Shown: one piece after another, positions 1-10,412 of the stretch
Layout: each line of letters begins with the position of its first letter
Numbering within the stretch: the first letter of the stretch is position 1
Assembly (NCBI GenBank): GCA_023395615.1
Contig: JAEWYP010000067.1
Coordinates: 8,743-72,742, forward strand
Length of the DNA stretch: 64,000 nt
DNA from: Bacillota bacterium
GTDB lineage: Bacteria; Bacillota; Clostridia; Christensenellales; Aristaeellaceae
Direction of reading: 5' to 3'
The notes under the pieces: model-generated
The model's input: only the letters and a program-made list of their open reading frames with translations
What the model was told of the DNA's origin: nothing
The model's database searches: none
Made by a program: the position numbers and the translations under genes

Positions 1-357
1 CGGCGAACCTTTCAGGCGGTGCGCATTGCCGTAAACGACGAGCTGGCTCCGCTGGATCAGGCTCTGTGCGATCTAACCGACCTACTGGCTCCGGAAGGGC
101 GGCTGCTGGTGATTACCTTCCATTCGCTGGAGGATCGGATTGTGAAAAACACCTTTCGGCGTCTGCAAAATCCCTGCACGTGTCCGCCCAAAGCCCCCAT
201 CTGCACCTGCGGAAAGCAATCGCTGGGCCATGTGTTGGGGGGCGGGGCGATCCCGCCGTCGGCGGAGGAAACGGAGAGCAACCCGCGCGCGCGAAGCGCC
301 AAACTCCGCGTGTTTGAGCGTGGAGACGATGCTGCGTCAGCCCGGAAGTGTTGGTAA
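1..357 (+). CDS. rsmH: 16S rRNA (cytosine1402-N4)-methyltransferase RsmH, C-terminal part (5' end lies outside the window)
   Basis: The frame is open from base 1. It contains [17 protein letters not shown], the CTCPP...CTCG cysteine motif and the [11 protein letters not shown] tail, all typical of RsmH/MraW. Confidence 0.85.
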   Translation, partial: RRTFQAVRIAVNDELAPLDQALCDLTDLLAPEGRLLVITFHSLEDRIVKNTFRRLQNPCTCPPKAPICTCGKQSLGHVLGGGAIPPSAEETESNPRARSAKLRVFERGDDAASARKCW

Positions 358-397
358 AAGCGTTGCTCCGAAAGAATGATCATATAAAGTATAGAGA

Positions 398-425
398 AAG
401 CGGCGAACGGCTCGTCGCTTTTTCT
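398..425 (+). terminator. Rho-independent terminator after rsmH
   Basis: AAGCGGCGA / TCGTCGCTT forms a 9-bp stem (one G-T pair) with a 5-nt loop, followed by a T-run. Confidence 0.5.
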
Positions 426-504
426 CGTGATCGGTCCGGCTTGACAGCGGCATGGAAATCGCCTATGCTACCGATATTGGACGGAAAAGGAGGCGTGAAC
501 GCGG

Positions 505-1362
505 ATGCCGACGCTGTACGTGGTCGCAACCCCTATCGGGAACCTGAGTGATTTTTCTCCCCGGGCGGTGGAAACGCTGAAGAATGTGGCGCTGATCGCG
601 GCGGAGGATACGCGGGTGACGCAAAAGCTGCTGGCCGCGTTTGACATCCATACGCCGCTGACCAGCTGCCATGAGCATAACGAGCGTTCCAAGGCCGAAC
701 AGATTGTGCAACGGATGCTGACGGAGGGAATCGACGCGGCGGTTACGACCGACGCGGGCACCCCGTGTATCAGCGATCCCGGCAGCCTGCTGGTGGCGGA
801 AGCCGTGAAGAACGGCATTCCGGTGTTGGCTGTCGCCGGGCCCACGGCCATGGCCGCGGCCCTGAGCGTGAGCGGGATGACTGTGGAGGAGTTCACGTTT
901 TACGGCTTTTTGCCCCGCCAGAAGGGCGAACTGAAAGCAAAACTGCTGGACATGGCGGGCAAATCCAAAATCGCGGTGGTGCACGAGTCGCCGCACCGCG
1001 TGGCGGACCTGCTGGAAGCGGTTTGCGAAACACTACCGCATACGCGGGTAAGCGCCAGCTGCGACCTGACGAAAAAGTTTGAAAGCACCCTCCGCGGCGA
1101 AGCGGGCGAGGTGCTTGCCGCGTTGAACGCCAACCCCAAGGCGGAAAAAGGCGAGTATTGCCTTGCGTTGGAATGGCACGACGCGCCGGAACCGCCCCAG
1201 CCGGTCTGTAAGCTTTCGCTGGAAGCTCAACTGTTCGATGGGCTGACGAAGGGACTTACCCTGCGCCAGAGCATGGAAGCGCTTACGGCGGCGGGGGAGC
1301 GGAAAAACGCCGTGTATGCCGCCGGCCTTCGCGTGAAAGCGATGCTAAAAGAGAGCGAATGA
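505..1362 (+). CDS. rsmI: 16S rRNA (cytidine1402-2'-O)-methyltransferase RsmI
   Basis: The N-terminus LYVVATPIGNLSDFSPRAVETLKNVALIAAEDTR is the tetrapyrrole-methylase-like fold typical of RsmI. Length is 285 aa. Confidence 0.9.
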   Translation: MPTLYVVATPIGNLSDFSPRAVETLKNVALIAAEDTRVTQKLLAAFDIHTPLTSCHEHNERSKAEQIVQRMLTEGIDAAVTTDAGTPCISDPGSLLVAEAVKNGIPVLAVAGPTAMAAALSVSGMTVEEFTFYGFLPRQKGELKAKLLDMAGKSKIAVVHESPHRVADLLEAVCETLPHTRVSASCDLTKKFESTLRGEAGEVLAALNANPKAEKGEYCLALEWHDAPEPPQPVCKLSLEAQLFDGLTKGLTLRQSMEALTAAGERKNAVYAAGLRVKAMLKESE

Positions 1363-1473
1363 ACCGATGTCGCCATACATGCGAACGAGCCGGGGTTGCC
1401 ATACACGCCCGGTAGAAACGCTTCGGCGGGATTCACCCCGTGCAGAACAGCAATATAGATGAATGTACGATAA

Positions 1474-1505
1474 ACAGCCCGGAGTATCAGTCCGGGCTGT
1501 TTTAT
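1474..1505. terminator. Hairpin terminator between convergent rsmI and birA
   Basis: ACAGCCCGGA-gtatcag-TCCGGGCTGT is a perfect 10-bp stem followed by TTTAT. Confidence 0.6.
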
Positions 1506-1536
1506 ATAGAATTCCTCTATGGCGCGACCATTGAGA

Positions 1537-2490
1537 CTAACGCGCCTCCGGCAACAGGGCGACTTCTCCGCTGCGAAGGGTGACGCGTGTGCCATCATTG
1601 CTTTGCACAACCAGCGCGCCGGTAGAATCAATATCCACGGCCACCCCTTCGCCGCTTTGCTCCCCCTGACGCCAGCGCACATGGCGACCCAATGTGAGGG
1701 AACGCGCCCGATACGCGGATAGATAACCCGGCGAGGCGGGTGGATACGCCAGCAACGCATCCGTAATGGCGGCGGCGAGACGGTTTTTCGCAGGGGTGGC
1801 ACAGTCGAGGGAACCGACCGTATCCTGAAGCTCGACCGGGATTTCACCGGGGCGCAGGTTGATCCCTATACCCACCAGCAACGATTCCAGCATACCGCTT
1901 TCAAAATCCGTCACAGCCTCGGTTAGGATGCCGCAAACCTTCTTGTCCCCCAGAAACAGATCGTTGACCCACTTGATGCGCGTTTGCCGCCCCGTAAGGC
2001 GTTCTACGGCGTCGGCAACGGATACGGCGGCATAAGCCGTAACGCCCAGCGCGGACTCGGCGGAACCGCCGGAAGCCAGCGCGACGGTGATGTATAGCCC
2101 TGTGCCTCTCGGGGAACAGAAGGCGCGCCCAAGGCGGCCGCGTCCGGCGGTCTGCTCCTCCGCTGCGATCAGGAACGGCCCCGCTTCGCCACCTGCCAGG
2201 CGACGCTTGGCCTCGTTGTTGGTGGAATCGAGCGATTCGAAGCAATATACGGGGATGTCGGCCTGCAGTGTCGCACGGATTCCTTCCGCAGACAGGCGGT
2301 CAGTGTCTGGTGCCAGCCGGTAACCGCGGTTCGGCGTGGATTCCACGGCATACCCTTCGCTTTTCAGCGCGTTCACAGCCTTCCATACCGCGTTGCGGGT
2401 CACGCCAAAACGCTCCGCCAGCGTTTGGCCGGAGAGGGCCGTATCCCGATGTGTTTCCAGTTCAGCCAGCAGGTTACTTTTTAGCGACAT
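1537..2490 (-). CDS. birA: Bifunctional biotin-[acetyl-CoA-carboxylase] ligase / biotin operon repressor BirA
   Basis: It has an N-terminal wHTH (GQTLAERFGVTRNAVWKAVNALK) and the GRGRLGR biotin-binding loop. I chose the start at M7 of the ORF, which has a GGAGGG RBS. The ORF maximum start is 2508. Confidence 0.88.
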   Translation of the reverse strand: MSLKSNLLAELETHRDTALSGQTLAERFGVTRNAVWKAVNALKSEGYAVESTPNRGYRLAPDTDRLSAEGIRATLQADIPVYCFESLDSTNNEAKRRLAGGEAGPFLIAAEEQTAGRGRLGRAFCSPRGTGLYITVALASGGSAESALGVTAYAAVSVADAVERLTGRQTRIKWVNDLFLGDKKVCGILTEAVTDFESGMLESLLVGIGINLRPGEIPVELQDTVGSLDCATPAKNRLAAAITDALLAYPPASPGYLSAYRARSLTLGRHVRWRQGEQSGEGVAVDIDSTGALVVQSNDGTRVTLRSGEVALLPEAR

Positions 2491-2576
2491 AATCCCTCCA
2501 CTAATCATCCCTCTTCGTTTATTATATCAACAGCGGCGATGGTGTTCAACCGGGAACAGGAGAGGGATATCAAACT

Positions 2577-2588
2577 CTAGTATACTAG
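2577..2588. promoter_or_regulatory. Perfect 12-bp palindrome CTAGTATACTAG abutting the uxuA -35; candidate GntR-type operator
   Basis: The palindrome is read directly. Its GTATAC core resembles GntR/UxuR-type half-sites. Confidence 0.3.
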
Positions 2589-2618
2589 TTGACGATCCGA
2601 CGGAGAATATGGTATGAT
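2589..2618 (+). promoter_or_regulatory. Putative sigma-A promoter of uxuA (TTGACG-N18-TATGAT with TG extension)
   Basis: TTGACG lies at 2589-2594 and TGGTATGAT at 2610-2618, 67 nt upstream of the ATG. Confidence 0.45.
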
Positions 2619-2684
2619 TTTCACAGCAAAGGTATTCGGCGAGGTCACGCAGAAAGAGACAGCGCGACAGAAAGGGGAATTCCA

Positions 2685-3764
2685 ATGAAAATGACTTTCC
2701 GCTGGTTTGGCGCAAAAAGCGACGCGATAACCCTGCAACAGATTAAACAGATTCCAAACTGCTCCGGGGTGATGGGCGTTCTGGACGCTAAAGCGGCCGG
2801 TGAAGTTTGGACGGAAGAGGAAATTCGTGCCTACGTAGACGAAATCCACGCGGCAGGGTTGGAATGCGAGGTCATCGAGAGCGTAAACGTTCACGAGGAT
2901 ATCAAAATGGGTCTGCCCAGCCGTGACCGTTACATCGAAAATTACTGTGTGACCATCCGCAACCTGGCAAAATACGGCGTTAAGGTGATTGTGTACAACT
3001 TTATGCCGGTGTTCGACTGGTTGCGTACCGATCTGGCCCGCGTCATCCCACAGGATGGCAGCAACAGCCTGTACTTCGATGAAAAGGATTTGCAGGGAAT
3101 GACGCCGCTGGAGATTGTGCGCCGTACTGCCAGCGGCAGCAACGGGTTTACCCTGCCGGGCTGGGAACCTGCCCGTCTGGCGGAGCTGGAAACCACGCTG
3201 AAGCGTTATGAAGGCATCACCGCGGACGACCTTCGGGCCAACTACCGCTACTTTCTGGATGGGATCATCCCTGTGTGCGAGGAAGTGGGCATGACCATGG
3301 CTGTGCACCCGGACGATCCCGCGTGGCCGATTTTCGGCTTGCCGCGTATTGCCCACAGCCAGTCGGACTTTGACCAGATCGTGAAACTGCACGATTCGCC
3401 CCGTAACGCGATTTGCCTGTGCACCGGTTCGCTGGGCAGCAACCCGGATAACGACGTGCCCGCGGTTTTGCGGCATTTTGGGGAGATAGGCCGCATCGGC
3501 TGCGTGCACGCCCGCAACGTGAAACACCTTGGCTACCGGCATTTCCGCGAGGCCAGCCACCTTTCCGCGGACGGCGACATCGACATGTACGCGGTGATGA
3601 AGGCGATTTACGATACCTGCCCGGATACGTATGTGCGCCCGGATCACGGACGCATGATCTGGGGGGAGAAGGGTCGCCCCGGTTACGGCCTGTACGATCG
3701 GGCGCTTGGAATCGCCTATCTGAACGGCCTTTGGGAAGCGATTGTGAAATCCTCGCAAAAATAA
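2685..3764 (+). CDS. uxuA: Mannonate dehydratase UxuA
   Basis: [24 protein letters not shown] is the canonical UxuA N-terminus. The start at 2685 has an AAAGGGG RBS. The ORF opens earlier, at 2589. Confidence 0.9.
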   Translation: MKMTFRWFGAKSDAITLQQIKQIPNCSGVMGVLDAKAAGEVWTEEEIRAYVDEIHAAGLECEVIESVNVHEDIKMGLPSRDRYIENYCVTIRNLAKYGVKVIVYNFMPVFDWLRTDLARVIPQDGSNSLYFDEKDLQGMTPLEIVRRTASGSNGFTLPGWEPARLAELETTLKRYEGITADDLRANYRYFLDGIIPVCEEVGMTMAVHPDDPAWPIFGLPRIAHSQSDFDQIVKLHDSPRNAICLCTGSLGSNPDNDVPAVLRHFGEIGRIGCVHARNVKHLGYRHFREASHLSADGDIDMYAVMKAIYDTCPDTYVRPDHGRMIWGEKGRPGYGLYDRALGIAYLNGLWEAIVKSSQK

Positions 3765-3781
3765 AGCAAAATTATGCGGAC

Positions 3782-3820
3782 ACGCCCCGGCGAAACAAAA
3801 CGCCGGGGTGTATTTTGTTT
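3782..3820 (+). terminator. Rho-independent terminator after uxuA
   Basis: ACGCCCCGGCG-aaacaaaa-CGCCGGGGTGT stem followed by ATTTTGTTT. Confidence 0.6.
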
Positions 3821-3945
3821 GCGATGATTGCGTTTTTATGCGGCCGCCCGTCTAACCATGGGTTTGACGAATTTGGATGCGATTGGTATAATCAGGGAGA
3901 AGATTGATTGCACTCCCTCTGGACAATTGAAAAGGAGGAACCAAC

Positions 3946-5601
3946 ATGCGGAAAGGGCTATCCATCCTGCTTGCGCTGGCAATGCTCGCCTTCGGCCTCG
4001 CGCCTGCCGCCATGGCTGAACAGAAAGTGGATCTGAGCGGCCAGCTGTTGATTGTTCACACCAACGATATTCACGGGTATGCTGTTACCGACCCCTCCGA
4101 ACCTTCGGTGGGATACGCGCAGATCAAACAATACTGTACCGACGCGAAAGCGCTGGGCGCGGACGTGCTGCTGCTGGACGCGGGCGACGCTTCCCAGGGG
4201 CAGCCGATTGTGAACCTCAGCAAGGGCTTGAACGCCATCTCGTTTATGAACGCGACGGGGTATGACGCCATGTGCCCCGGCAACCACGAGTTTGACTGGG
4301 GCGTGGATCAGTTTTTACAGAACACGGAAACCGCCACGTTCCCGATCCTGTGCGCCAATATGCTGCGTACGTCCGACAAGATGCTGTATTTTGAACCCTA
4401 CAAGATTTTTGAAAAGGGCGGGTACAAGATCGGCGTGATCGGCCTGGATACCCCGGAAACCCTCACCAAGGCCAACCCCGCGCTGATGAAGAACGTTACC
4501 TTCCTGATGGGTCAGGAGTTGTATGATTGCGCGCAGAAATATGTGGACGAGGTGAAGGCCGCGGGATGCGATCTGGTTGTGGTGTTGGGCCATCTTGGGG
4601 TGGACGACGAAAGCACCGGTAACCGCTCGCTGGATGTGATCGCTAACACCACCGGCATCGACCTGTTTATTGACGGTCACAGCCATGTGGTGCTCAACGA
4701 GCAGGTGGAACAGAAACACACCGAGGGCGACAAGGACGTGCCTACCACCCTGCTGGTGAGCACCGGATGTTACGGCCACGCGATCGGCGAGGTAATATAC
4801 GATGGCAAGAAACTGACCGAAGCGCTGTATGCCGCGCAGCCCACGCAGGTCAGCGCCGCGTACGGCGACGCGGACGTAAGCGAGTTGGTGGGTGGTATCA
4901 ACAGCGAGATTGAACAACAGCTGTCCGCGACATTCGCAAAGACTGAGGTCGTGCTCAACGGCGAACGTTCGCCGGGCGTGCGAACCGAAGAAACCAATCT
5001 GGGCGACTTCTGTACAGACGCGATGTTGTGGCAGGCCAATCAGGTGTACAGCCAGCCGGTCGTCGCGGCCTTCAACAACGGCGGCGGTATCCGTGCCAGT
5101 ATCGCGATCGGCGATGTGAGCATGAAGGATATGAAAACCGTTTTCCCATACGGCAACACTTTGCAGGTGATGACGCTGAAGGGCAGCGAACTGCTGGAAT
5201 TGATGGAAGCATCCACCTACTGCACACCGGAACCTATCGGCGGCTTTATGCAGGTAGCCGGCATTGAAATGACGATCGACACCACCGTGCCCTACGTGAA
5301 CGGCGATCAGTACCCGGATTCCACCTATTATGCGCCTGCCAAACCCGGCAGCCGGGTAACGATCAAAACTGTAGGCGGCCAGCCGTTTGATCCGGACGCG
5401 GAGTATGTGGTGGCGACCAACGACTTCTCCGCCGCGGGTGGCGATCAGTGCTATGTGCTGAAATACGCTAACCAGCAAACGGGTTACAACACCTATGTTT
5501 CTCTGGAGGACGCGCTGATCCATTACACAACCGAGGTGCTCGGCGGTGTGATCGGCCAGCAGTACGCCCAGCCACAGGGACGCATCACGATTCTGAAGTA
5601 G
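3946..5601 (+). CDS. Secreted bifunctional metallophosphatase / 5'-nucleotidase
   Basis: It has a signal peptide (MRKGLSILLALAMLAFGLAPAAMA), the metallophosphoesterase motifs HTNDIHG and GNHEFD, and a C-terminal 5'-nucleotidase domain. The RBS is AAAGGAGGA. Confidence 0.85.
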   Translation: MRKGLSILLALAMLAFGLAPAAMAEQKVDLSGQLLIVHTNDIHGYAVTDPSEPSVGYAQIKQYCTDAKALGADVLLLDAGDASQGQPIVNLSKGLNAISFMNATGYDAMCPGNHEFDWGVDQFLQNTETATFPILCANMLRTSDKMLYFEPYKIFEKGGYKIGVIGLDTPETLTKANPALMKNVTFLMGQELYDCAQKYVDEVKAAGCDLVVVLGHLGVDDESTGNRSLDVIANTTGIDLFIDGHSHVVLNEQVEQKHTEGDKDVPTTLLVSTGCYGHAIGEVIYDGKKLTEALYAAQPTQVSAAYGDADVSELVGGINSEIEQQLSATFAKTEVVLNGERSPGVRTEETNLGDFCTDAMLWQANQVYSQPVVAAFNNGGGIRASIAIGDVSMKDMKTVFPYGNTLQVMTLKGSELLELMEASTYCTPEPIGGFMQVAGIEMTIDTTVPYVNGDQYPDSTYYAPAKPGSRVTIKTVGGQPFDPDAEYVVATNDFSAAGGDQCYVLKYANQQTGYNTYVSLEDALIHYTTEVLGGVIGQQYAQPQGRITILK

Positions 5602-5726
5602 CCTTCGTTCAGGCTGAAAACGCGGCGCGGGAGGCGGACCGGGCAAACACCCGATCCGCAGTCCGCGCCGCTTGCGTCACTCTTACGGAAATTTGCAAAA
5701 CACTGTTAAAAAACAGCCGGCGCATC

Positions 5727-5756
5727 TTGACGAAACCCGGCGTTTGCGGATAAAAT
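5727..5756 (+). promoter_or_regulatory. Putative promoter of the glg operon (TTGACG-N18-TAAAAT)
   Basis: Read directly. It leaves a leader of about 180 nt before the glgB ATG. Confidence 0.4.
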
Positions 5757-5941
5757 AGGACTAGATAGAAATTCTGTTTAGTGGAAACGATAAACCGCTT
5801 ATGTCCGCCGGACCATGACGGGCCGACATGGGCGTATCCAAATGGCTGCCCGTCGGGGGCGTGCCGTTGACTGCCCGATGGATTTGAGGGTCAAGGCGCG
5901 GACAGCCGATATCCCATTTTTCCGGGGGAGGAGGTTGCCTG

Positions 5942-7975
5942 ATGAAGTATCACCCGCCTTCCGCAGAGGTTCGCGAGCAGTTCCATCAGGGAACGAATCG
6001 CCGCGCATACGAAATGTTTGGCGCGCATCCGTGCCTGGAGGGCAGCGCGCAGAAGTGGCACTTCTGTCTTTGGGCGCCCAATGCCCGGAAAGTGTCGCTG
6101 GTTGGAAGTTTTAACGGATGGAACGCGGAGCGCCATCCCATGAAAAAACAATATGACGGCACCTGGGAGCTCCGTCTGCCCGAAGAGGAGCTTTTTCAAC
6201 ATACAACCGAATACGGTGGAATGCCTGCGTATAAATACGCCGTTCTGGGGCAGGACGGCCAGCTGCGCATGAAAGCGGATCCCTTTGGGTTTGCCTCCGA
6301 ATTGCGGCCCGATACCGCCAGCCGCCTGTGCGAACTGGATGGGTACGCGTGGGGCGACGACGAGTGGATGAAGAGGCGACAGGGGTATAATCCCTATGGA
6401 AGCCCCGTGAATATTTACGAGATGCACCTCGGCTCCTGGCGGCGGCATGAGGACGGAACGTACTTAAGCTATAACGAACTGGCGGATCAGCTGATTCCCT
6501 ATGTGACCGAGATGGGCTATACCCATATCGAGTTGCTGCCGGTGATGGAACATCCGCTGGACAGGTCGTGGGGGTATCAGGTGACCGGGTTTTATGCACC
6601 TACATCACGATACGGCGCGCCTGAGGACTTTATGGCGTTTGTGGACCGCTGCCATCAGGCGGGGATCGGGGTGCTGCTGGATTGGGTGCCCGCGCATTAC
6701 CCGCGTGACGAGGCGGGGCTGTACCGACTGGACGGCACGGCCCTGTACAGCCACCCGGACCCCCGCCGGGGCGAGATTGCCCAATGGGGAACGATGCTGT
6801 TTGATTTTGGCCGGGGCGAAGTGTGCAGCTTTCTGTTGAGCAACGCGTGCTTCTGGTTGGAAATGTACCACGCCGACGGCCTTCGTGTGGATGCGGTCAG
6901 CAGCCTGCTGTACTATGATTTCTGCAAAGACCCCGGCCAGTGGCTGCCCAACCGATACGGCGGGCGGGAAAACCTGGACGCGATCCAGTTTTTACGCAGG
7001 ATGAACGAAACGGTCTATCACGATTTCGCGGGCGTGATGATGGTGGCCGAAGAAAGCTCTGCGTTTCCCATGGTGACCGCCCCGACGTATCTGGGTGGAC
7101 TGGGCTTCGGGTTTAAGTGGAATATGGGTTGGATGAACGACATCCTGTTTTATATTGCGAAGGAATCGGTCTACCGGAAGTACCACCACGACAAACTGAC
7201 ATTCAGCCTCTGTTATGCGTTCAGCGAAAACTATATCCTGCCCTTTTCCCACGACGAGGTAGTGCACGGCAAACATAGCCTGCTGGATAAGAACCCGGGC
7301 GACCTCTGGCAAAAATTTGCGGGGTTAAGGGCACTGTACGGTTATACCATGGCCCATCCCGGAAAAAAACTGCTGTTTATGGGCGGGGAATTTGCCCATT
7401 TTATCGAGTGGAAATACGACGATCAGCTGGACTGGTTCCTGCTGGTGTACGATCGTCATCCGCAGGTACAGGCCTGCGTGAAAACACTCAATCATCTATA
7501 TCGCGAAACCCCGGCGCTGTATGAGGTGGAAACCTCCTGGGATGGCTATCAGTGGATTACCGCTAACGATTCGGATAACAGCGTGATCGCATTCCTGCGT
7601 ACCGATCGGGCAGGAAACGCCCTGCTCTGCGTGGTCAACTTTACACCGGTCTTTCACCCGGAGTACCGTGTTGGGCTTCCACTGGGCGGGACGCTAAACG
7701 AATGCTTCAACACCGACCGCGCGGAATTTGGCGGCAGCAACCAGTATAATGCGTACGAGATTCGGGCGGAAGAAGGGGAGTTTAACGGATTTCCATTTCA
7801 CGCGGACCTCTGTGTTCCGCCGTTAAGCTGCTGTTACTTTTCCTACCGCAAGCGTATTCCGCCAGTAATTCCCGCAAGCACAGCACGCACGGACACGGCG
7901 CAACCCCCGCCAGTTCTTCCGGACACAGGGGGGCAGACTCCGCCGGGGGATGCGCAAAACGGGAAACAGGCGTAA
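5942..7975 (+). CDS. glgB: 1,4-alpha-glucan branching enzyme GlgB
   Basis: GH13 branching-enzyme signature blocks are present ([40 protein letters not shown]). It ends in a Pro-rich C-terminal tail. Confidence 0.95.
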   Translation: MKYHPPSAEVREQFHQGTNRRAYEMFGAHPCLEGSAQKWHFCLWAPNARKVSLVGSFNGWNAERHPMKKQYDGTWELRLPEEELFQHTTEYGGMPAYKYAVLGQDGQLRMKADPFGFASELRPDTASRLCELDGYAWGDDEWMKRRQGYNPYGSPVNIYEMHLGSWRRHEDGTYLSYNELADQLIPYVTEMGYTHIELLPVMEHPLDRSWGYQVTGFYAPTSRYGAPEDFMAFVDRCHQAGIGVLLDWVPAHYPRDEAGLYRLDGTALYSHPDPRRGEIAQWGTMLFDFGRGEVCSFLLSNACFWLEMYHADGLRVDAVSSLLYYDFCKDPGQWLPNRYGGRENLDAIQFLRRMNETVYHDFAGVMMVAEESSAFPMVTAPTYLGGLGFGFKWNMGWMNDILFYIAKESVYRKYHHDKLTFSLCYAFSENYILPFSHDEVVHGKHSLLDKNPGDLWQKFAGLRALYGYTMAHPGKKLLFMGGEFAHFIEWKYDDQLDWFLLVYDRHPQVQACVKTLNHLYRETPALYEVETSWDGYQWITANDSDNSVIAFLRTDRAGNALLCVVNFTPVFHPEYRVGLPLGGTLNECFNTDRAEFGGSNQYNAYEIRAEEGEFNGFPFHADLCVPPLSCCYFSYRKRIPPVIPASTARTDTAQPPPVLPDTGGQTPPGDAQNGKQA

Positions 7976-8003
7976 ATCCATTATCAAAAGGAGTGGAACC
8001 GGT

Positions 8004-9176
8004 ATGAACAGAAAAAAGCAATGTATCGCCATGCTGCTGGCAGGCGGACAGGGGAGCCGGTTGGGGATTTTAACGGCGAATATGGCCAAGCCTGCTATCC
8101 CATACGGCGGAAAATATCGTATTATAGATTTTCCGTTGAGCAACTGCACCAACAGCGGTATTGATGTGGTGGGCGTGCTGACGCAGTATCAACCGCTGGA
8201 ACTGAACGCTTATATCGGCAGCGGTTCCCCGTGGGACCTGGACCTGGCGCACGGTGGCGTTTATGTGCTGCCGCCTTTTGTGCGCGGCAAACAGGGCGAG
8301 TGGTACAGTGGCACGGCCAACGCGATCTACCAGAACATGGCGTTTATTGAGCAGTTCAGTCCTGAGTATGTGCTGATTCTGAGCGGCGACCATATTTATA
8401 AAATGGACTATAACGCTATGCTGCGTTCCCATATCGACAACAACGCGGACGTGACCATCGCCGTACGCGAAGTGCCGTGGGAAGAAGCGCCCCGTTTCGG
8501 TATTATGAACACAGCGCCGGATAACGCGATTCTGGAGTTTGAGGAAAAACCCGCCAAACCCAAGAACAACAAAGCAAGCATGGGCGTGTACATGTTTACG
8601 TGGGATAAACTACGCAAGTACCTGCAGGAGGACGCAACGCACCCCGGCAGCAGTAACGACTTTGGGAAAAACATCATTCCCAATATGCTGGCGGACCAGC
8701 AAAGGATGTTCGCGTTCGACTTTGACGGATACTGGAAGGATGTCGGCACCATCGAAAGCCTGTGGGAAGCGAACATGGACCTGCTCAATACCCCCATGCC
8801 GATCGATCTGTATGATAAAAAGTGGCGTATCTATGGCCGCAACCCCGGCGAAACGCCGCATTATATTGCGGAAGGCGCGGTGGCGAAGTGCTGCCTGATT
8901 ACCGAGGGCTGTGAGGTATACGGCCGCGTGGAGCACAGCGTGCTATTTTCCGGCGTGGAGGTGCGCGAAGGGGCCAGTGTTCTGGACAGCGTCGTGATGC
9001 CGAACGCGATCGTTGGCCGCGGGGCGGTGGTGCGCCGGGCAATTATCGCCGAAGGCGCGGAGATCGGTCCCGGAGCTGTGGTCGGGGAAGAAACCGGTGC
9101 GATTGCCGTTGTCGGTCAGAATGTGAAACTATCGGCCGGCGAAGTGGTCAAGGCCGGGGAACAGCGAGCCGAGTGA
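8004..9176 (+). CDS. glgC: Glucose-1-phosphate adenylyltransferase GlgC
   Basis: Contains [43 protein letters not shown]. The start at 8004 has an AAAGGAG RBS. Confidence 0.95.
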   Translation: MNRKKQCIAMLLAGGQGSRLGILTANMAKPAIPYGGKYRIIDFPLSNCTNSGIDVVGVLTQYQPLELNAYIGSGSPWDLDLAHGGVYVLPPFVRGKQGEWYSGTANAIYQNMAFIEQFSPEYVLILSGDHIYKMDYNAMLRSHIDNNADVTIAVREVPWEEAPRFGIMNTAPDNAILEFEEKPAKPKNNKASMGVYMFTWDKLRKYLQEDATHPGSSNDFGKNIIPNMLADQQRMFAFDFDGYWKDVGTIESLWEANMDLLNTPMPIDLYDKKWRIYGRNPGETPHYIAEGAVAKCCLITEGCEVYGRVEHSVLFSGVEVREGASVLDSVVMPNAIVGRGAVVRRAIIAEGAEIGPGAVVGEETGAIAVVGQNVKLSAGEVVKAGEQRAE

Positions 9177-9222
9177 ATCGCCGCCTTTGCAAACGGCAGA
9201 GTATAGGGGAGGGGTTTAGGCC

Positions 9223-10350
9223 ATGGCCATGAAAAATGTGCTGGGAATGATCTATACCGGCGAAAAGGATAGCTTCTTACGGGAATTAACGCTCCAGCGC
9301 GCAATTGCCGCTATGCCGGTAGCAGGCCGCTACCGTGTGATTGATTTTCTGGTCAGTAGCATGGTTAACAGCGGGATGAAGAACGTTGGCGTGATCATGC
9401 AGAAGAATTACCACAGCCTGATGGATCACCTGGGAAGCGGCAAGGAGTGGGACCTGCACGGCAAGAACGACGGTCTGTATATCCTACCGCCGTTTCTGAC
9501 ACGTGAAAACGTGGGCGTCTACAGCGGCAGCCTTGACGCGATCCATTCCAACTTCGGCTATCTGCGCCGCAGCCGGCAGGAGTATGTACTGCTGTGCAAC
9601 AGCATGATTATTTTCAATGCGGATTTTAACGATATGTTTGATGATTATCTTCACAATGGCGCGGATGTTTCCATCCTTTATACGAAGAATCCACAGATGC
9701 GCAGGCCGGAATACGGCATCTATTTTGATGTCGACGAGGCCGGGTTGATTACGGACGTAGAGATTGACCCCACCAAACCGAGGTATGAAAATACCTGCAT
9801 GGAGGTATTCCTGTTACGGAAAGACCTGCTGGTGGAACTGGTAGACCGCGGGGCTGCCCACGGTTACCACGACCTGACACGCGACATCTTCCAGCGGATG
9901 ATCCGCGATGCAGGGATGCGGGTGGCCGGGTATGAATACAAAGACGTGTGTTACCGGATGGATAGCGTTCAAAGCTATTTTACGTTCAACCTTGATATGA
10001 TAAATCCTGCGATGCGTCACGCACTCTTCAGCGATGATAAGCCCATCTATACCAAAGTGCGTGACGAAATGCCCGCCCGCCACCTGGATCATGCGCTGGT
10101 GAGCGATTCCATCATCGCGGATGGCTGCATTATCGACGGTACGGTGGAGCACAGCGTGCTGTTCCGCGGTGTGAAAATCGCGGCGGGGGCTAAGGTGAAG
10201 AACTGTATCATTATGCAGGATGGGCAAGTAGAGGAAGGCGTGCAGCTGGAGAACTGCATTCTGGATAAACAGGCGGTCATCAAGCATGATGGGCGCCTGA
10301 TCGGACCGCGTGCTTACCCGATCGTCATTTCCAAAAACATGACGGTCTGA
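9223..10350 (+). CDS. glgD: Glucose-1-phosphate adenylyltransferase regulatory subunit GlgD
   Basis: It is a GlgC paralogue lacking the GGxGxR loop (LTLQRAIAAMPVAGRYRVIDFLVSSMVNSG). It sits between glgC and glgA, as in Firmicutes. Confidence 0.9.
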   Translation: MAMKNVLGMIYTGEKDSFLRELTLQRAIAAMPVAGRYRVIDFLVSSMVNSGMKNVGVIMQKNYHSLMDHLGSGKEWDLHGKNDGLYILPPFLTRENVGVYSGSLDAIHSNFGYLRRSRQEYVLLCNSMIIFNADFNDMFDDYLHNGADVSILYTKNPQMRRPEYGIYFDVDEAGLITDVEIDPTKPRYENTCMEVFLLRKDLLVELVDRGAAHGYHDLTRDIFQRMIRDAGMRVAGYEYKDVCYRMDSVQSYFTFNLDMINPAMRHALFSDDKPIYTKVRDEMPARHLDHALVSDSIIADGCIIDGTVEHSVLFRGVKIAAGAKVKNCIIMQDGQVEEGVQLENCILDKQAVIKHDGRLIGPRAYPIVISKNMTV

Positions 10351-10412
10351 TCCGGGCTCCGGAACGAAAACGGCGGCCTCCCGAAGCGGGTATGGCCGGG
10401 CAAGGAGAAAGT

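Noticed and set aside
4315-5646. 443-aa ORF antisense to the 5'-nucleotidase. There are similar antisense ORFs at 2577-3758 (uxuA), 50871-51968 (glcK), 33616-34731 (PBP1A), 20658-21431 (mrdA), 54220-54975 (capD-like) and 57390-58223 (lepA).
   Set aside because: Every one lies opposite a gene with strong family motifs, and none has motifs of its own. They are typical GC-rich shadow ORFs.
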